NCBI GenBank assembly: GCA_026770705.1
Contig: JANJGN010000189.1
Coordinates: forward strand, 682,001 to 746,000
Length of the DNA stretch: 64,000 bases
Source of the DNA: Isurus oxyrinchus
Taxonomy: Eukaryota
Direction of reading: 5' to 3'
Shown piece after piece: positions 26,030-38,683 of this stretch. The notes under the pieces are model-generated. The model saw only the letters and a program-made list of their open reading frames with translations, made no database searches and was not told where the DNA came from. Every line of letters begins with the position of its first letter. Position 1 is the first letter of the stretch. The position numbers and the translations under genes were made by a program.

Positions 26030-29000
26030 ACACAACATGGTGATCAGCGGTGGCCAAACATTCTGGCCGCAAGATTCAGTACAGGTATGACATGGTGAAC
26101 AGCCTGAGATCGAGCTACATGACATGAGACGACCCTTGACGCTTTGGTCAGACCACAACAGAGACACAGCATCAGAGAGGGTTGAAATCGCAGTGTACTG
26201 ACTGCTCAGGAAACCTTTGAAGACACAGTGACGGGAAAGAGCTCAAGTAATGAGCTGGGGAGCAGACGGATCCCTCGTGGTGAGATTACAGCACACGGCC
26301 TGTAGGTCAGTGAGTGGGACAGTGTGTATCGCCAGGACCAGCAGCGGGTTAGCTCAGTCAGGGAAGGCGAGGGACCCGGGTGTGGGCTGGATCGATAGTG
26401 AGCGAGGGAGAGTCAAACACACAAAAACCATTATAAAAATCAGCCCAGAGAAGTTAGTGATTATAACGGGCGGCTTCGAGATTGCTGAACAGCAAATTGA
26501 ATAAAAAACAAAGACTCCATTACTCCGTGGTGTGTTCCTGCCACAACCCATCTTCGTGGGCGGAGCTTCGGAAAAGCGCACGAAAGGGGCTAAAGCGACA
26601 CTCATCCCAGGTCCTGTAGGAGAAGGAAGGTCAAAGGAATATTGTCAGAATGTCCATGAAATTCCCCAGTTTGAACTGGGATGTAGCTGACCGACTATCT
26701 GAATTCAGAATGTTTAAACAGCGTACAGAGCTCTGGTTTCCTGATTCAGGTGTGACTGAACCAGACGAACAAGCCATAAAAATTCACCTCGTGATTGGGA
26801 ATGAAGGTCTACACAGGCTGAACACGTCAGGATTAACAGCAGAAGAGCGAAAGGATCCCCAATAGATATGGACGATATTGGAAGACAGGTTCAGAATCAG
26901 GTGAAACTCCATATTCATCAACTAGAGTTTATGTCATTTCATCAGCCTACACAATCCATAGACCACTTCATCAGCCGATGTAGAGAAAAGGGTACGCACT
27001 GTGATTTCAAACACAGAGCCTGCAGACACAGTTGTTGAGTTGGTGATCGCATCCACTCCCATGGAAGCCTTCCAGAAAGATCTGCTAGATAAGACCAAAA
27101 CCTATAGCATTGAAGAGCTACTCAAGGATGGACATAAATACGAAGTGATCCTCGCAGGTCAACGAAGCTTACAGGTCCTCAGTACAACATCAATTGTTGA
27201 CACACTCACTAGAACATCCAAACCTAGTGAGACGTGTGGAAGGTGTGGCCTTCTGCAGGCACCAAGGAAATGCCCAGCTTTCCACCAATCCTGCAAGGCT
27301 TGTGGCAGAAAGGGCCAGTGACAGCGGCAGAGCACTAGAGCAAAGGCTGATGCAGCTGCAAAGAGCCGTGCGCTGATCCAAACAGACCCTACACAACGGG
27401 GAACCTTCAATCAATAAGAATGACCATCCACTATCCCATCAGGAACATATACATGTGGTGACTGACAAACCAGGAAATGGCGATGATGTGCACGGCGAGA
27501 CGAGGTGCGGTGATCGATATTCCACCTCTCACACATATCCTGTCGTGGCTTGTCAATAAATTGTAGATTGTTGTCCATAGTGATCTCTCTGGGCACATCA
27601 AATAAACTGAAAATGTCCCATAGTGGTAGGATTTTCTGGCCCCACCCACTGCCAGGATTGTCCGGTCCGGCCGAAAGCCAATGGATTTATATTTGTCCCA
27701 ATCTCCCAAGGCAGGTCCCACCATGACCGGGCCGGAAAACCCCGGCCTAGAGTTTGTGCAACATTTGTGCTCAACGTTTTGTGCAATTGTTGAACAATTT
27801 CACACCTTTTACACCATCGATCTCACGGAGAACAGATGCTGTCACATCACCCGCACTATTGGCCAAGATTCCAATTATCTGCCCTGAGAAAGTGGCTACC
27901 TCCCCTTTATTGGCCAAGAGTGACACAAGGGCAAGTGCCAACATTCCCCTCCCCCAGCCCACCCCAGCAAATTTTCAAAGACATATATCCAAGGACATGG
28001 AAGTCCATGGGGAAACCTACTGCTGTGTACAACACTTCACCAACTCCATGTGCGGAATACATAGTCCTGGGGTGCAAGTACAATCAATCCTCCTGGGTGT
28101 CACAGATGTTCTACATTGTGGAGACTAAAGGCTGAGCAATTGCAAGTCTACCGGCATGCGGTGACCTCACACTAGTGACTATCCATGGAATCTGTCAGAC
28201 CTGACATGGGTCAACCTCAGAAACTACCCCATCAACTCAGTTCATGGACATAACATTGAAATATGCAGAAAGTTTCAACAGTATTTGTAGTTTCAAGGGA
28301 GCTGCAACATTACACCTGCAGGAGAATGCAAGTCTGTCAATTGATCCAGTACATTTAGCACAACAGAAATGCCAGCAGCTACAAGAGGGAACAGTGAAAA
28401 ATTCTACAGGAACTGTGGAAATATCATTGAAAGGGTGGCTGATTCAACTTGACGTCATCAGGATAAGTGAGGCATCTCCCAGGGAGTCATTTTTAATGGC
28501 AGGCATCGCATCATACCGGAACCTTTGTGATGATATATTCTTCAACAACTTCATCCCTCACACATGGGCACAGATCAGACAGGGAGACTCACAAGAGATA
28601 CAGTCACTGGCCGGGTATGAACAATGACCTTGAAGTCGTTGTAGGGAAGTTTGAGGCTTGTCAAGAGGATGAGCCAAGTCAACACAAAGAACCACTGATT
28701 CCACAGGAAATTCCTGCCTATTCTTAGTCCAAATTCACATCTGAATCCTTTCATGTCCATGTCACTGACTTCATCGTCATCGTAGACAGCTTTACCAGAT
28801 ATCCCGTTATTCAAAAATAACACAACACACCGAGCACTACTGGCGCACACATTCTAAGCACTATTTTCAGTTTATTTGGTGAGCCTAGGGACATGAGTAC
28901 ATATAATCTGGAATATCAATCACACAACTTCTTCTCCTCATTACCCCAGATCTAACGGCCTAGCTGAATGAATGATTCACACCAGTGAAATCCCTAATTC

Positions 29001-29900
29001 TCAAATGTAGACAGACCAAGCAAGATCCACACATTGCAATGTTACATCTGAGATCAACACCTACAACTGCAACTTTGTTAAATTCATTCATGGGATGTGG
29101 GAGTCACTGGTCAGGCCAGGATTTATTACCCATCCCTAATGTAAGAGTCAACCACATTGACGTGGAGTCTGGAGTCACATGTCGGCCAGGCAATTTTGTT
29201 CCCTAAAGGGCACTGGTGAACCAGGTGGGATTTCCAACAATGGTTTTGTGGTCATCACTAGACTTTGAATTTCATCTTTTTATTAAATTCAAATTCCATC
29301 ATCTATTATGACAGGATTTGAACTCATATTTTCAGGACATTACCCTGGGTCTCTGAATTACTCGTCCAGCAACAATACCACTACACCATCACCTCACCTT
29401 ATTGCATCACTGACAGAGATCATGTTTGGTGGGCCAGTAGTGACCAATTTCGCTATTCTTACCCATTCTACTCTCTCAGAAACCAGAGGGCAACTTTTAA
29501 AACTACAAGAGAAGATAAGGAATGTTCATGATAAAAATGGAGGTGCACAGTTGCCAAGTTTACAGTTGGGACAAGTTCACATCCAGGATCCCACAGAAGG
29601 TTCATGATCACCAGCCGAGGTGACAAGGATTTGTTCAGAACCAAGGGCCTATGGAGTCAAACACACAAGGGCACAGCGGTGAGGCGGAACTGAGGATAAA
29701 TCAGATCCATTCCCGCTCCTATTCCATCGAGGAGAAGATCCCACATGAAATCAGGAACAACATCCAAGGGTGACAATCCCACAGATCACTGTGAGCAGTT
29801 AAAGACACCTCCAGACAAGGTAACCAGCACAAGATCTGGGTGTACCAGAAGGTTAAATCCACACTTTAGAGACTCAAATATTCAACAGTTCCATGCACTT
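26030..29900 (+). mobile_element. Degenerate Ty3/Gypsy-like LTR retrotransposon internal region (gag, zinc knuckle, integrase pieces; one internal fragment inverted)
   Basis: CGRCG...CPA...CKACGRKG knuckle and integrase-like WPGMNNDLE and MLHLRSTP fragments, with many stops. Partial mirror at ~47900-50120. Confidence 0.75.
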
Positions 29901-30925
29901 ATGTAATTGTCAATAAATATGAACATGATATGAGAAACCGCTTGCTCCCTGCCCTTCTGAAAGATCCATTCCTGCAGCAGGAGCCTGGAGAGTTATTGAA
30001 AAGGGATTAAATTTATCGGATTGTAGAATGATCCGGAACAGAAGGAAGACATTTGGCCCATCGAGCCTGTGCTGGGCCGTTGAAAGATCTGTCCAATTAT
30101 TCCCACTCTCACCTCTGCTCTTTCCTCCACAACCCTGCAAAATTTCCCCTTCAAGTATTTATCCAGTTCCCCTTCTGAAAGTTCCTGTTGAATCTGCTTC
30201 CACCGCCCTTTCAGGCAGTGAGTCAATGGTCTCTCTCTGAGCTGCAAAGTGATAAGTTTCAATGAAATATAAACTCTGCAGCAGATCAGAAACAATCATG
30301 ATAACTCAGAATATTTGACAGTTTTACATACAGACAGCTTTGCCTCCCTTCTCTCTATCAGTTATCTTGCTATCTTATCGAATTTTCTAGCATGGTGAGA
30401 ATGGACAGGAAGTGTGACGCTGAACTGCCTGTCTAATCTAAGAGCTTCTGTGTTGTCTTCATGGGAAATTCTGATGAAAATCAGCAAGAGAGAAACATTT
30501 CAGGGCATTGATATCGGAGTGCTTGCATCAGGATAGACTTCATCCCCCAGTTTTTATCCCTGCTTCTCTATTCAGCCGATCGCTCCCCTGTCACTCGCTG
30601 ACCTACACTGGCTCCCAGTCCAGCAATGACTCAATTTTCAAAATCTCTTCATTGATTCCTTATCCCTCCATCCTCCCTCTCCACTCCCTATCACTGTCAC
30701 CTCCTCCAGCCCTGAAACCCTTTGAGGTCTCTGCTGTCCTGCAGTTCTGCTGTCAGACAGGGAGTCAGTGTATATCAGTGAGCACAGGGGTGATGGGTGA
30801 ATGGGACTTGGTGTGAGTTTGTACACTGGCTCACTGCTGAATCAGTTCCCTATCACAGCTCAATAAGAATGATCTTTTACAAAGACTATTAGCCATAAGT
30901 CTGTCCAAGTTGACGATGATATTAC

Positions 30926-30965
30926 CTTGGAGAAGTGACAGGAGGAAGTAGGATTTCCCGATCAT
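30926..30965 (-). CDS. Gene B leader exon, coding part MIGKSYFLLSLLQ(V)
   Basis: ATG at 30965, 40 nt, GTAAT donor, phase 1 compatible with the V exons. Confidence 0.82.
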
Positions 30966-31415
30966 TGTCCACTCCCAGATATTCCTTTAGCTTCTGACTC
31001 TCAAACTGTGAAAGAGAAAGGAGTTAATGAGACCTCACCTCTTGTCCGACAGCTCTCGAGAGATCAGAACTGCTTTTACACATTGTCTACACAGACTAAT
31101 TTGGTTCTCTGTGGGATGATAGGTGCTCTGCAGAGAGTTAAAAAGCTTTAAAAAAATAAATCAATGAAGGACTTGCATTTCTATATCGTATTTCAGCACC
31201 TCAGGATGTCCCAAAGCTCATGTCCCTGCACTTCCCTCATCCCTTGAGCTAGAAAGATGTTCTGTACAACAGACTTGAGCCTCACACCCAGATCTCAATA
31301 ATCAGTAGAAATCTTTCAAAGGCATCAATCATTGGAATTTGTCTTTATAAAGTCACAACATCAACAAAGGACTGTGTTGGTCGTGGAAGTGAATTCCAAT
31401 CGTTCCATTACTTAC

Positions 31416-31560
31416 CCAGGACCTGTCCGACTGCTCGCCTGGGGAGGAACTGCCCACACGCTCTGCCTGGGCTGAATGACCTCTTCCTGTGCTGCTCCCT
31501 CTGTGTATTTAATGAGAAAGGGTTGATGTGTCTCTGTGAGACAAAATGAGGAAGTTGGAT
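31416..31560 (-). promoter_or_regulatory. Gene B putative promoter and non-coding exon 1, with PU.1/ETS box (31543-31556)
   Basis: Homologous to the other three promoter blocks, with a G|GTAAGT donor at 31416. Confidence 0.55.
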
Positions 31561-31784
31561 CAAAGTGACAGAACAGCTCGTGTTTTGAGTTTTTTGAAGC
31601 TGTTAACCCTTGACGTTCTGGACTTGTGATGATATTTCTGCTCAAAAGTGGAAAGTCATTGACCAGGAATTTCTCCTGTGTGTCACTGGATTTCGAACCC
31701 TCTCTCTCTCTGAGTGAGAAGGTCGTCAGTTCGAAATTCATTTGGCAAAATTCAGACCGGCACTCGGTGTCAGGACTGAGAGTC

Positions 31785-32080
31785 CTGCACAGTCGGAGGG
31801 TCAGTGCTGAGGGAGTGCTGCACTGTTGGACGGTCAGCACTGACTTAGTGCTGCACTGTCGGAGGGTCTGTACTGCGAGTGTTGCACTCTGGGTGTGCCA
31901 GTGCTGAAGGAGTGCTGCACTGTCAGATGGTCAATGCTGAGGGAGCGCTACACTTTTCGAGCATCAGTACTTAGGGGCTGCTGCACTATCAGGGGCTCAT
32001 GACTAAGGGACCACTGCACAGTCGGAGGGTCCGTACCCAGGGAATGCTGCACTGTCGCAGGCTCAGTACCGAGGGAGTGC
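31785..32080. repeat. Degenerate 30-bp minisatellite, same family as 1525-3365
   Basis: GTGCTGCACTGT...GTCAGT units. Confidence 0.8.
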
Positions 32081-32109
32081 AAACTAAAGTAGTGACAAGG
32101 GTTGAATAA

Positions 32110-34745
32110 ACTGGCGATGAGGTGAATAACAAGGAAGAAAAAGCAAGGAATGAGAGCAAGGGAACCGAAATCCGGCTGTGCCTCACGCAACGATTATAAA
32201 TATAATTTCCATCCTAATAACCGAAGCAGTCCCCTCGAAGAATGCTGCAGTTTGGAAGAGTTGATCCTTTCGACCCAACGGTGGGCGATTGGTCTCATTA
32301 TGGTGAACTCCTCGCGTTCTTTTTCCAAGTGAATGACATTGATGGGGAGGAGAAGAGGCGAGCGACCCTCTTATCCACGTGTGGGAGTAAGATTTAGGGA
32401 TTGATGCGAACTTTAATGTCACCCGGTGCCATGGATTCAAAAAGTTTAGATGATATAGTGAACCTTGTGAAGATTCCTTCCCAGCCCCAGCCCTCGGTAA
32501 CGATGCAACGGTCCAAATTTAACTCAAGAAATAGAGTCCCAGGGGAGGCAGCTGCATGTTATGTGGAAAGTCTGAAAGAGTTAATAGGACATTGTGAGTT
32601 TGGTAAATCTATAAATAATATGCTGAGAGATCAACTGGTGTGCAGTATAAATGAAGATGCGATTCAGAAGAGATTACTGTCTGAAACAGATTTGGATATT
32701 CAGAAGGTGCTGGGAATAGTGCTGGCTATGGAAAGAGCAGTGAGGGACTCGAAAAACATATGGAGAGTGCAAAATGTCACCGTCCTCATGTTGGGTGAGG
32801 AGCCTCAGCCAAGAAGTGCGGGAAAATGTACAGCTCTGATGAGAAACGGGAAACCTCCACCACTAGCAGCAAATAAAAAGGAATGACTTAGCAGAGAAAA
32901 CATGGAATAATGTGAACAGAGGTGAAGCAGACAACCTCGTAGTGAATGGAACTTTAAAAAAATCAATTGTTTTTACTGTCATCGAAACAGAGAGCCCATG
33001 AGAGATTGCAAGGATAGAATCAGGCAGAGTTTCAACCAAGAGAGAAAACCCTGTGAGATCCATAACATAGAAGAGCCTGAAGTAACAGATTCAGATAGTT
33101 ATTCATTGTATAATTTAAAGGTAGGAAGAACAGAGCCAATCTATGTAACAGTGAGGGTGAATGATAGAGCTCTCAGAATGGGGGTGGACACAGGAGCTAA
33201 CATTACGCTAATTGGGGAGCATACTTTCAAATACTGGAATCATGGGGAAAGTCAATTAAATTTGGAAGAAACAAATGACTAATTGAAAACTCACACGGGA
33301 GAAGACATTCAAGCCAAAGACATAAGCAGGGTTGTTATACAGTATGGAAGTCAATCAGTAAAATGACCCTTGATGATGGGAGCTGGTGAGGGACCAAGCC
33401 TCCTTGGACGAAACTGGCTGAAAGATATTAAACTGGATTGGTCTGAGATCTTCCAACTGAGAGCCAGTGGGCTACCTGAGCTACTACAAAAATACATCTC
33501 AGTTTTCCAAGATGAACTCGGGGAGATCCAGGGGCTGCAAGCAAAAATTCATGTGGATCCAGACTCTACCCCTCTGATTTATGAAGGCACGGCCAGTACC
33601 TTATGCAATGTGGGAAAAGGCAGATGCTGAATTGGGCAGGTTCTAGAAACTGGGAGGGATACAATCTGTGCTGCCCTCAGAATGGGCAGCACCAATAGTC
33701 CCTGGACCTGAGCCTGGCCAAAGTGTTTGAATTTGTGGAGATGACAAGAATTGACTGGAACGGCCTACACGGAGCTGATATGAGCCATGCTTATCAACAA
33801 TTGGAGTTCGAGAAGGCCTCCCAGAAGTTTGTCACAATTAATACACACAAAGGGTTGTATCAATAAACCGGTTTGCCTTTCAGAGTCTCCTCTGCAGGAT
33901 CACAGAGTCTTAATGGCACAGCAGGAGGCCATTCAGCCCATCGTGTCTATCCCAGCTCTCCAAATGAGCATCATGACCTAGTGTCATTGCCCTGCCTTTC
34001 CCCATGCCCCTGCACCTTTTCTCTATCCAAATAACCATCTAATGCCCTCCTGAATGCCTCGATTGAACCTGCCTCCACAACACTTCCAGGCCGTGCATTC
34101 CAGGCCCAAAACTTAGTTGTGTGAAAAAGTTTTTTCTCACGTCACATTTGCAACATCAGTCATGCTAAATGTCAGCGGGAAGGTGGAAAGGAGGCCAGGA
34201 AGACAGGAAACTGGACATGACTGGCATAGTCATGACAGGAAGCTGACCGTAGGAGAGACGGTATATGTGAAGGATTTTAGAGAGGGGCCAAAGTGGTCAC
34301 CGGGTGAAATAAATGCAGCGATTGGAACTCTTTCTCACCATGTGAAAGTGGAAGACCGAGTCATATGGAGACATGTGGGTCATATAAGGAGGAGAGAAAC
34401 AAAGTACCAAGAAACAATCCCACCAGTCTTCACGGCTGCGTCTATGTCTCCTGTTGAAAGAACTCAGCTGAGAACAGATGTGTCTGAAGGGTCCGTTGGA
34501 CCTGCAAGAGTTGAGGAAACAGGTTTGCAGGTGTCCACCGAAGAAGCTGGTGTTGGGACAACATCAGAAAAGGAGACTCCTGACAAAGCATCTGAAGCTG
34601 TGGATCTGAGACGTTCCAGACGCATAAGGAAACCCCCCAGAAAGACTGAATTTGTAAATTACTGATCTGTGTAAATCATCTGATACTTTGAGAAAATGGT
34701 AAAAGTAAGTGTAAAATGTATTTCTGAGTAAAGGGGGAGGGTGGT
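32110..34745 (+). mobile_element. Degenerate Ty3/Gypsy LTR retrotransposon (gag, protease, partial RT, integrase C-terminus) with a LINE-tail insertion at ~33900-34140
   Basis: PBS-like TGGCGATGAG at ~32112, gag LRDQLVC..IQKRLL, protease VDTGA and LLGRNWL, terminal LRRSRRIRKPP, and a polypurine tract at ~34730. Confidence 0.85.
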
Positions 34746-35581
34746 GGTAATCTGATGTGTGATGTACCTTTAAGAAGAAGGTTACAATGGAAGATAACAT
34801 GAGCTCAGTGTTGTGGTGTGTTCTCAGAATCAACCTCAGGCCTGGCTAAAAACAGAACTCTACCCATTACAGGGAAACCATCTTTTTTGTTCACAGAGTT
34901 AGTCACGTACACATTGGGTTATTTAAATTCAAATCTTGTCAGTACATAATCACATAATAAGCAGTTGTTCCCAGTCCCAGGTACATATCTGCTCCTTACC
35001 CAAGCAAGAACTGTTTATCTCGTTCGAGCCTGGTGCTGTTTGCCTTTACCTTATCTGTTTACCCTCAGCATCTCTTTATGTCTCTTCTCGAGTTAATCCC
35101 TCGTGATCTTCAATGCCTTTCTGGAGAGTTCTGCTGATGTCAGCCCCATGGTGCACAAGGTTCACCTGGAGAATTCTGCTGACCTTTGGTTTTCACTAAT
35201 AGAAGTCCCTGTTTAACTCTTATATCAGTGTCCAACAGCCGAGTGGCGCAGGTACCTCAGTAGTCGGTCACCTTTAGTTAGAGCCTGTAATGCAGAGACA
35301 GGGCTTGAGTTGAAAGCACACGAGTGTAGCTGCTGAGTTCCTTTGTAAATAAGCAGAATGTGTTTCATCTAAGAACTGTCTGCTGATCTACTCTGTCTAT
35401 TGTACCTACTCAGCCTCTCCAAAACAAGCCTGGATCCATAAGTCCCAACAAACTCGTGAGCAGCATCCAACAGTATCAATAATTAATGTATCTATTGTGG
35501 GTGGAATTTTCAATTTGGATCAATAATACTAAACACTGATCACTCTGAATGTCACTCTGATCATTTCTGTTTCTATTACAG

Positions 35582-35698
35582 AAGAAAGATGAGAAGGATC
35601 TGGAAATGAAATCTAACCGCGGAGTCAATCCTGATACAGATGATGATATTTACGCAAACTGTGAATTTGCTGAGGATTCTGTTTATGGGAATTTATAA
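35582..35698 (+). other. Orphan receptor cytoplasmic terminal exon, KKDEKDLEMKSNRGVNPDTDDDIYANCEFAEDSVYGNL*
   Basis: Acceptor TTTCTGTTTCTATTACAG, phase-0 open frame of 38 codons with two acidic-context YxN motifs, ending at TAA. No upstream partner exon identified in the window. Confidence 0.6.
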
Positions 35699-37034
35699 AC
35701 TGAGCAAGAATGAGACACACACAGTGTGGGGAGAATACAGAACGGGAGAATCATTCAAAACTCCAATTTACCTTCCTAATATCCACAGGAACTCACTCCC
35801 AGGAAATAGATTTAAACCTCTTGTTACAATCTGATGGAATTTCTTTGGAATGATCTATCCAGGATGATTGTCTGTGGGTTTCAATTCGAACATCCTCCTT
35901 CAGATTTGTCCCTCACTGTTGGAAACATCCTTCTCTCCAATCTGATTGTAAATGTCTTTAGATATCGTTCGATGATGTACCAGGACAGAACGGACAAATT
36001 CAATCCCGTGTCCTTGATTATGAGTTAATTTTCATTCTGTTATTCACCTTCCTGTCTGTCAGTGTTTACAGAATATTCATCAGCCAGTGTAGACTTCATG
36101 AAATGCAGGATCGGTGGATAATTGGAGCAGAGGAGATTGGTAAAATTTACTCAGCATTTTGTAGTCAAATGTATTTTCAGATATATATTTGGATTTTACA
36201 CTTCATCGTTAAAGAGCAAAACCATCAGCAATCCCGGAAACAGGGAAACAATTTGATTGGAGATTTGAGAAATTCTCTGCAGCTCAGAGGATAACAGATG
36301 TGCTACAGTGCCACCACTGGTGGCAGGACATCATTTCAGCGTGACATGTTTACATTGATGTTGCCAATGAACATAGGAAATTATGATGTGAAAAATTGGT
36401 TGCAGGTTTACCTTCTTCAATATGTCATGGATGGATGAGACAGCTTTGACAACAGAATGAGATATAGCTGCAATAAACCATCATTTTTGTCTTTCACACT
36501 TGGAGAGTACAATGAGCATCCATCCTGAAGGCTGAGTGGATGGGTGGACTGTGCGATGTGTTACAGATCACAGAGACCAACATCCTTGATCCTGGTTCTG
36601 CTCTGTGTTTGATGAGATACTTGGATAAAAGATTGGGAAAATAAATAATCCTCCTGCATTGATCTGTAACTGGTCTCTCCTTCTGTCAATGTCCTGAGGA
36701 CAGAATTGGGTTCGATGTCCAAAATCAGACATTCTTTGACTGCCCATTGAATAGGAACAGGAGGAGGCCATTCAGCCCCCTCGAGCCTGCTACACAGGAA
36801 CAAGAGGGCACCTGATACAAAAACAGAAAATGCTGGAGAAACTGAGTAGGTCTGGCAGCATCTGTGGAGAGATAAACAGAATTAACATTTCGCGTCCATA
36901 TGACCCTTCTTCAGAGTCTATAAGCAAGAAGTCTGTTTCTCTCTCCACAGCTGCTACCAGACCTGCTGAGTTAATGCAGCATTTTCTGTTTTTATTTCAG
37001 ATTTACAGCATCTGCAGTATTTATTTTTAATGAC

Positions 37035-38450
37035 AGGAGGACATTCAGCCTCTTGATCCTGTTACACAGGAACAGCAGGAGGCCATTCAGCCCCCTCGAG
37101 CCTGTTACACAGGAACAGGAGGAGGCACATTCAGCCCCTCGAGCCTGTTACACAGGAACAGGAGGAGGCCCATTCAGCCCCCTCGAGCCTGTTACACAGG
37201 AACAGGAGGAGGCCATTCAGCCCCCTCGAGCCTGTTACACAGGAACAGGAGGAGGCACATTCAGCCCCTCGAGCCTGTTACACAGGAACAGGAGGAGGCC
37301 CATTCAGCCCCCTCGAGCCTGTTACACAGGAACAGGAAGAGGCCCATTCAGCCTCTTGATCCTGTTACACAGGAACAGCAGGAGGCCATTCAGCCCCCTC
37401 GAACCTGTTACACAGGAACAGGAGGAGGCCCATTCATTCCCTCGAGCCTGTTACACAGGAACAGGAGGAGGCCCATTCAGCCCCCTCGAGCTTGTTACAC
37501 AGGAACAGGAGGAGGCCCATTCATTCCCTCAAGCCTGTTACACAGGAACAGGAGGAGGACCATTCAGCCACTCAAGCCTGTTACATGAGGACAGGAGAAA
37601 GCCCATCAGCCTCTTGAGCCTATTATACAGGAACAGGAAAAGGACATTCAGTCCCTCAACACCCTTCCACAGGAACAGGAGAGAGTCTCAGCTCCTCGAG
37701 CCTGTTACCCAGGAACAGGAAGAGGACATTCAGTCTCTCAACCCACTTACACAGGAATAGGAAACCCATTCAGTCCCTCGTGCCTGTTACACAGGAAAAG
37801 GAGGAGGCCCATTCTGTTCCCTCGAGCCTGTTACACAGGAACAGGAGGAGGCCCATTCTGTCCCCTTGAGCCTGTTACACAGGTACAGGAGACCCATTCA
37901 GCCTCCACAAGCTTGTTACACAGGAACATTAGGGGCTCCATTTAGCCCCATCAAGCCTGTTACACAGGAACAGGAGGAGGCCCATTCAGCCACTCAAGCC
38001 TGTTAGATAGGAACAGGTGGAGGCCCATTCAGCCCCATGATGCTGTTACACAGGAACAGGAGGAGGCCCATTCTGTCCCCTTGAACCTTTTACACAGGAA
38101 CAGGAGGTGGCCCATTCAGACCATCTAACCTGTAACACAGGAAAACAAGGAGATCCATTCAGCCTCTTGAGCCTGTTACACAGGAACAGGAGGAGGCCTA
38201 TTCGGACACTCGAGCCTGTTACACAATGACAGGGGGAGGGCATTCAGCACCTGGAGCCTGTTACACAGGAACAGGAGGAGGCACATTCAGCCCTGCCAAA
38301 GACTGTTACACAGGAACAGGGGGAGGCTTAATCAGCCACACAATCATGTCACACTGGAACAGGAGGAGGCCCATTTAGACCCCTCGAGCCTGTTACACAG
38401 GAACAGGAGGAGGCCCATTCAAACCCTCGAGCTTGTTGCATATGAACAGT
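37035..38450. repeat. ~43-44-bp minisatellite (CAGCCCCCTCGAGCCTGTTACACAGGAACAGGAGGAGGCCCATT), CR1-tail derived
   Basis: About 30 tandem units. The unit resembles the GGAACAGGAG..GGCCATTCAGCCCCTCGAGCCTG end of local CR1 copies. Confidence 0.9.
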
Positions 38451-38539
38451 CGATGGCCCTTCAACCACATTATTGGCACGCAAAGGGTTAACAGTTTTCT
38501 AACAGTGCGAGGCAAAGAGTTGCTTTCTCACTTGGTACC

Positions 38540-38683
38540 AAGCACTTCCTCATTTTGACTCACAGTGACACATGCACCCTTTTTAATTAAACACAAATAG
38601 GGAGCAGCACAGGAAGAGGTCATTCAGCCCAAGCAGAGCGTGTGGGCAGTTCCTCCCCAGGCGAGCAGTCGGACAGGTCCTGG
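38540..38683 (+). promoter_or_regulatory. Gene C putative promoter and non-coding exon 1, with PU.1/ETS box (38543-38556)
   Basis: CACTTCCTCATTTT and ACAGGAAG motifs, with a G|GTAAGT donor after 38683. Confidence 0.55.

Noticed and set aside
37053-37760. 235-aa ORF
   Set aside because: Translation of a 43-44-bp minisatellite with frame cycling.
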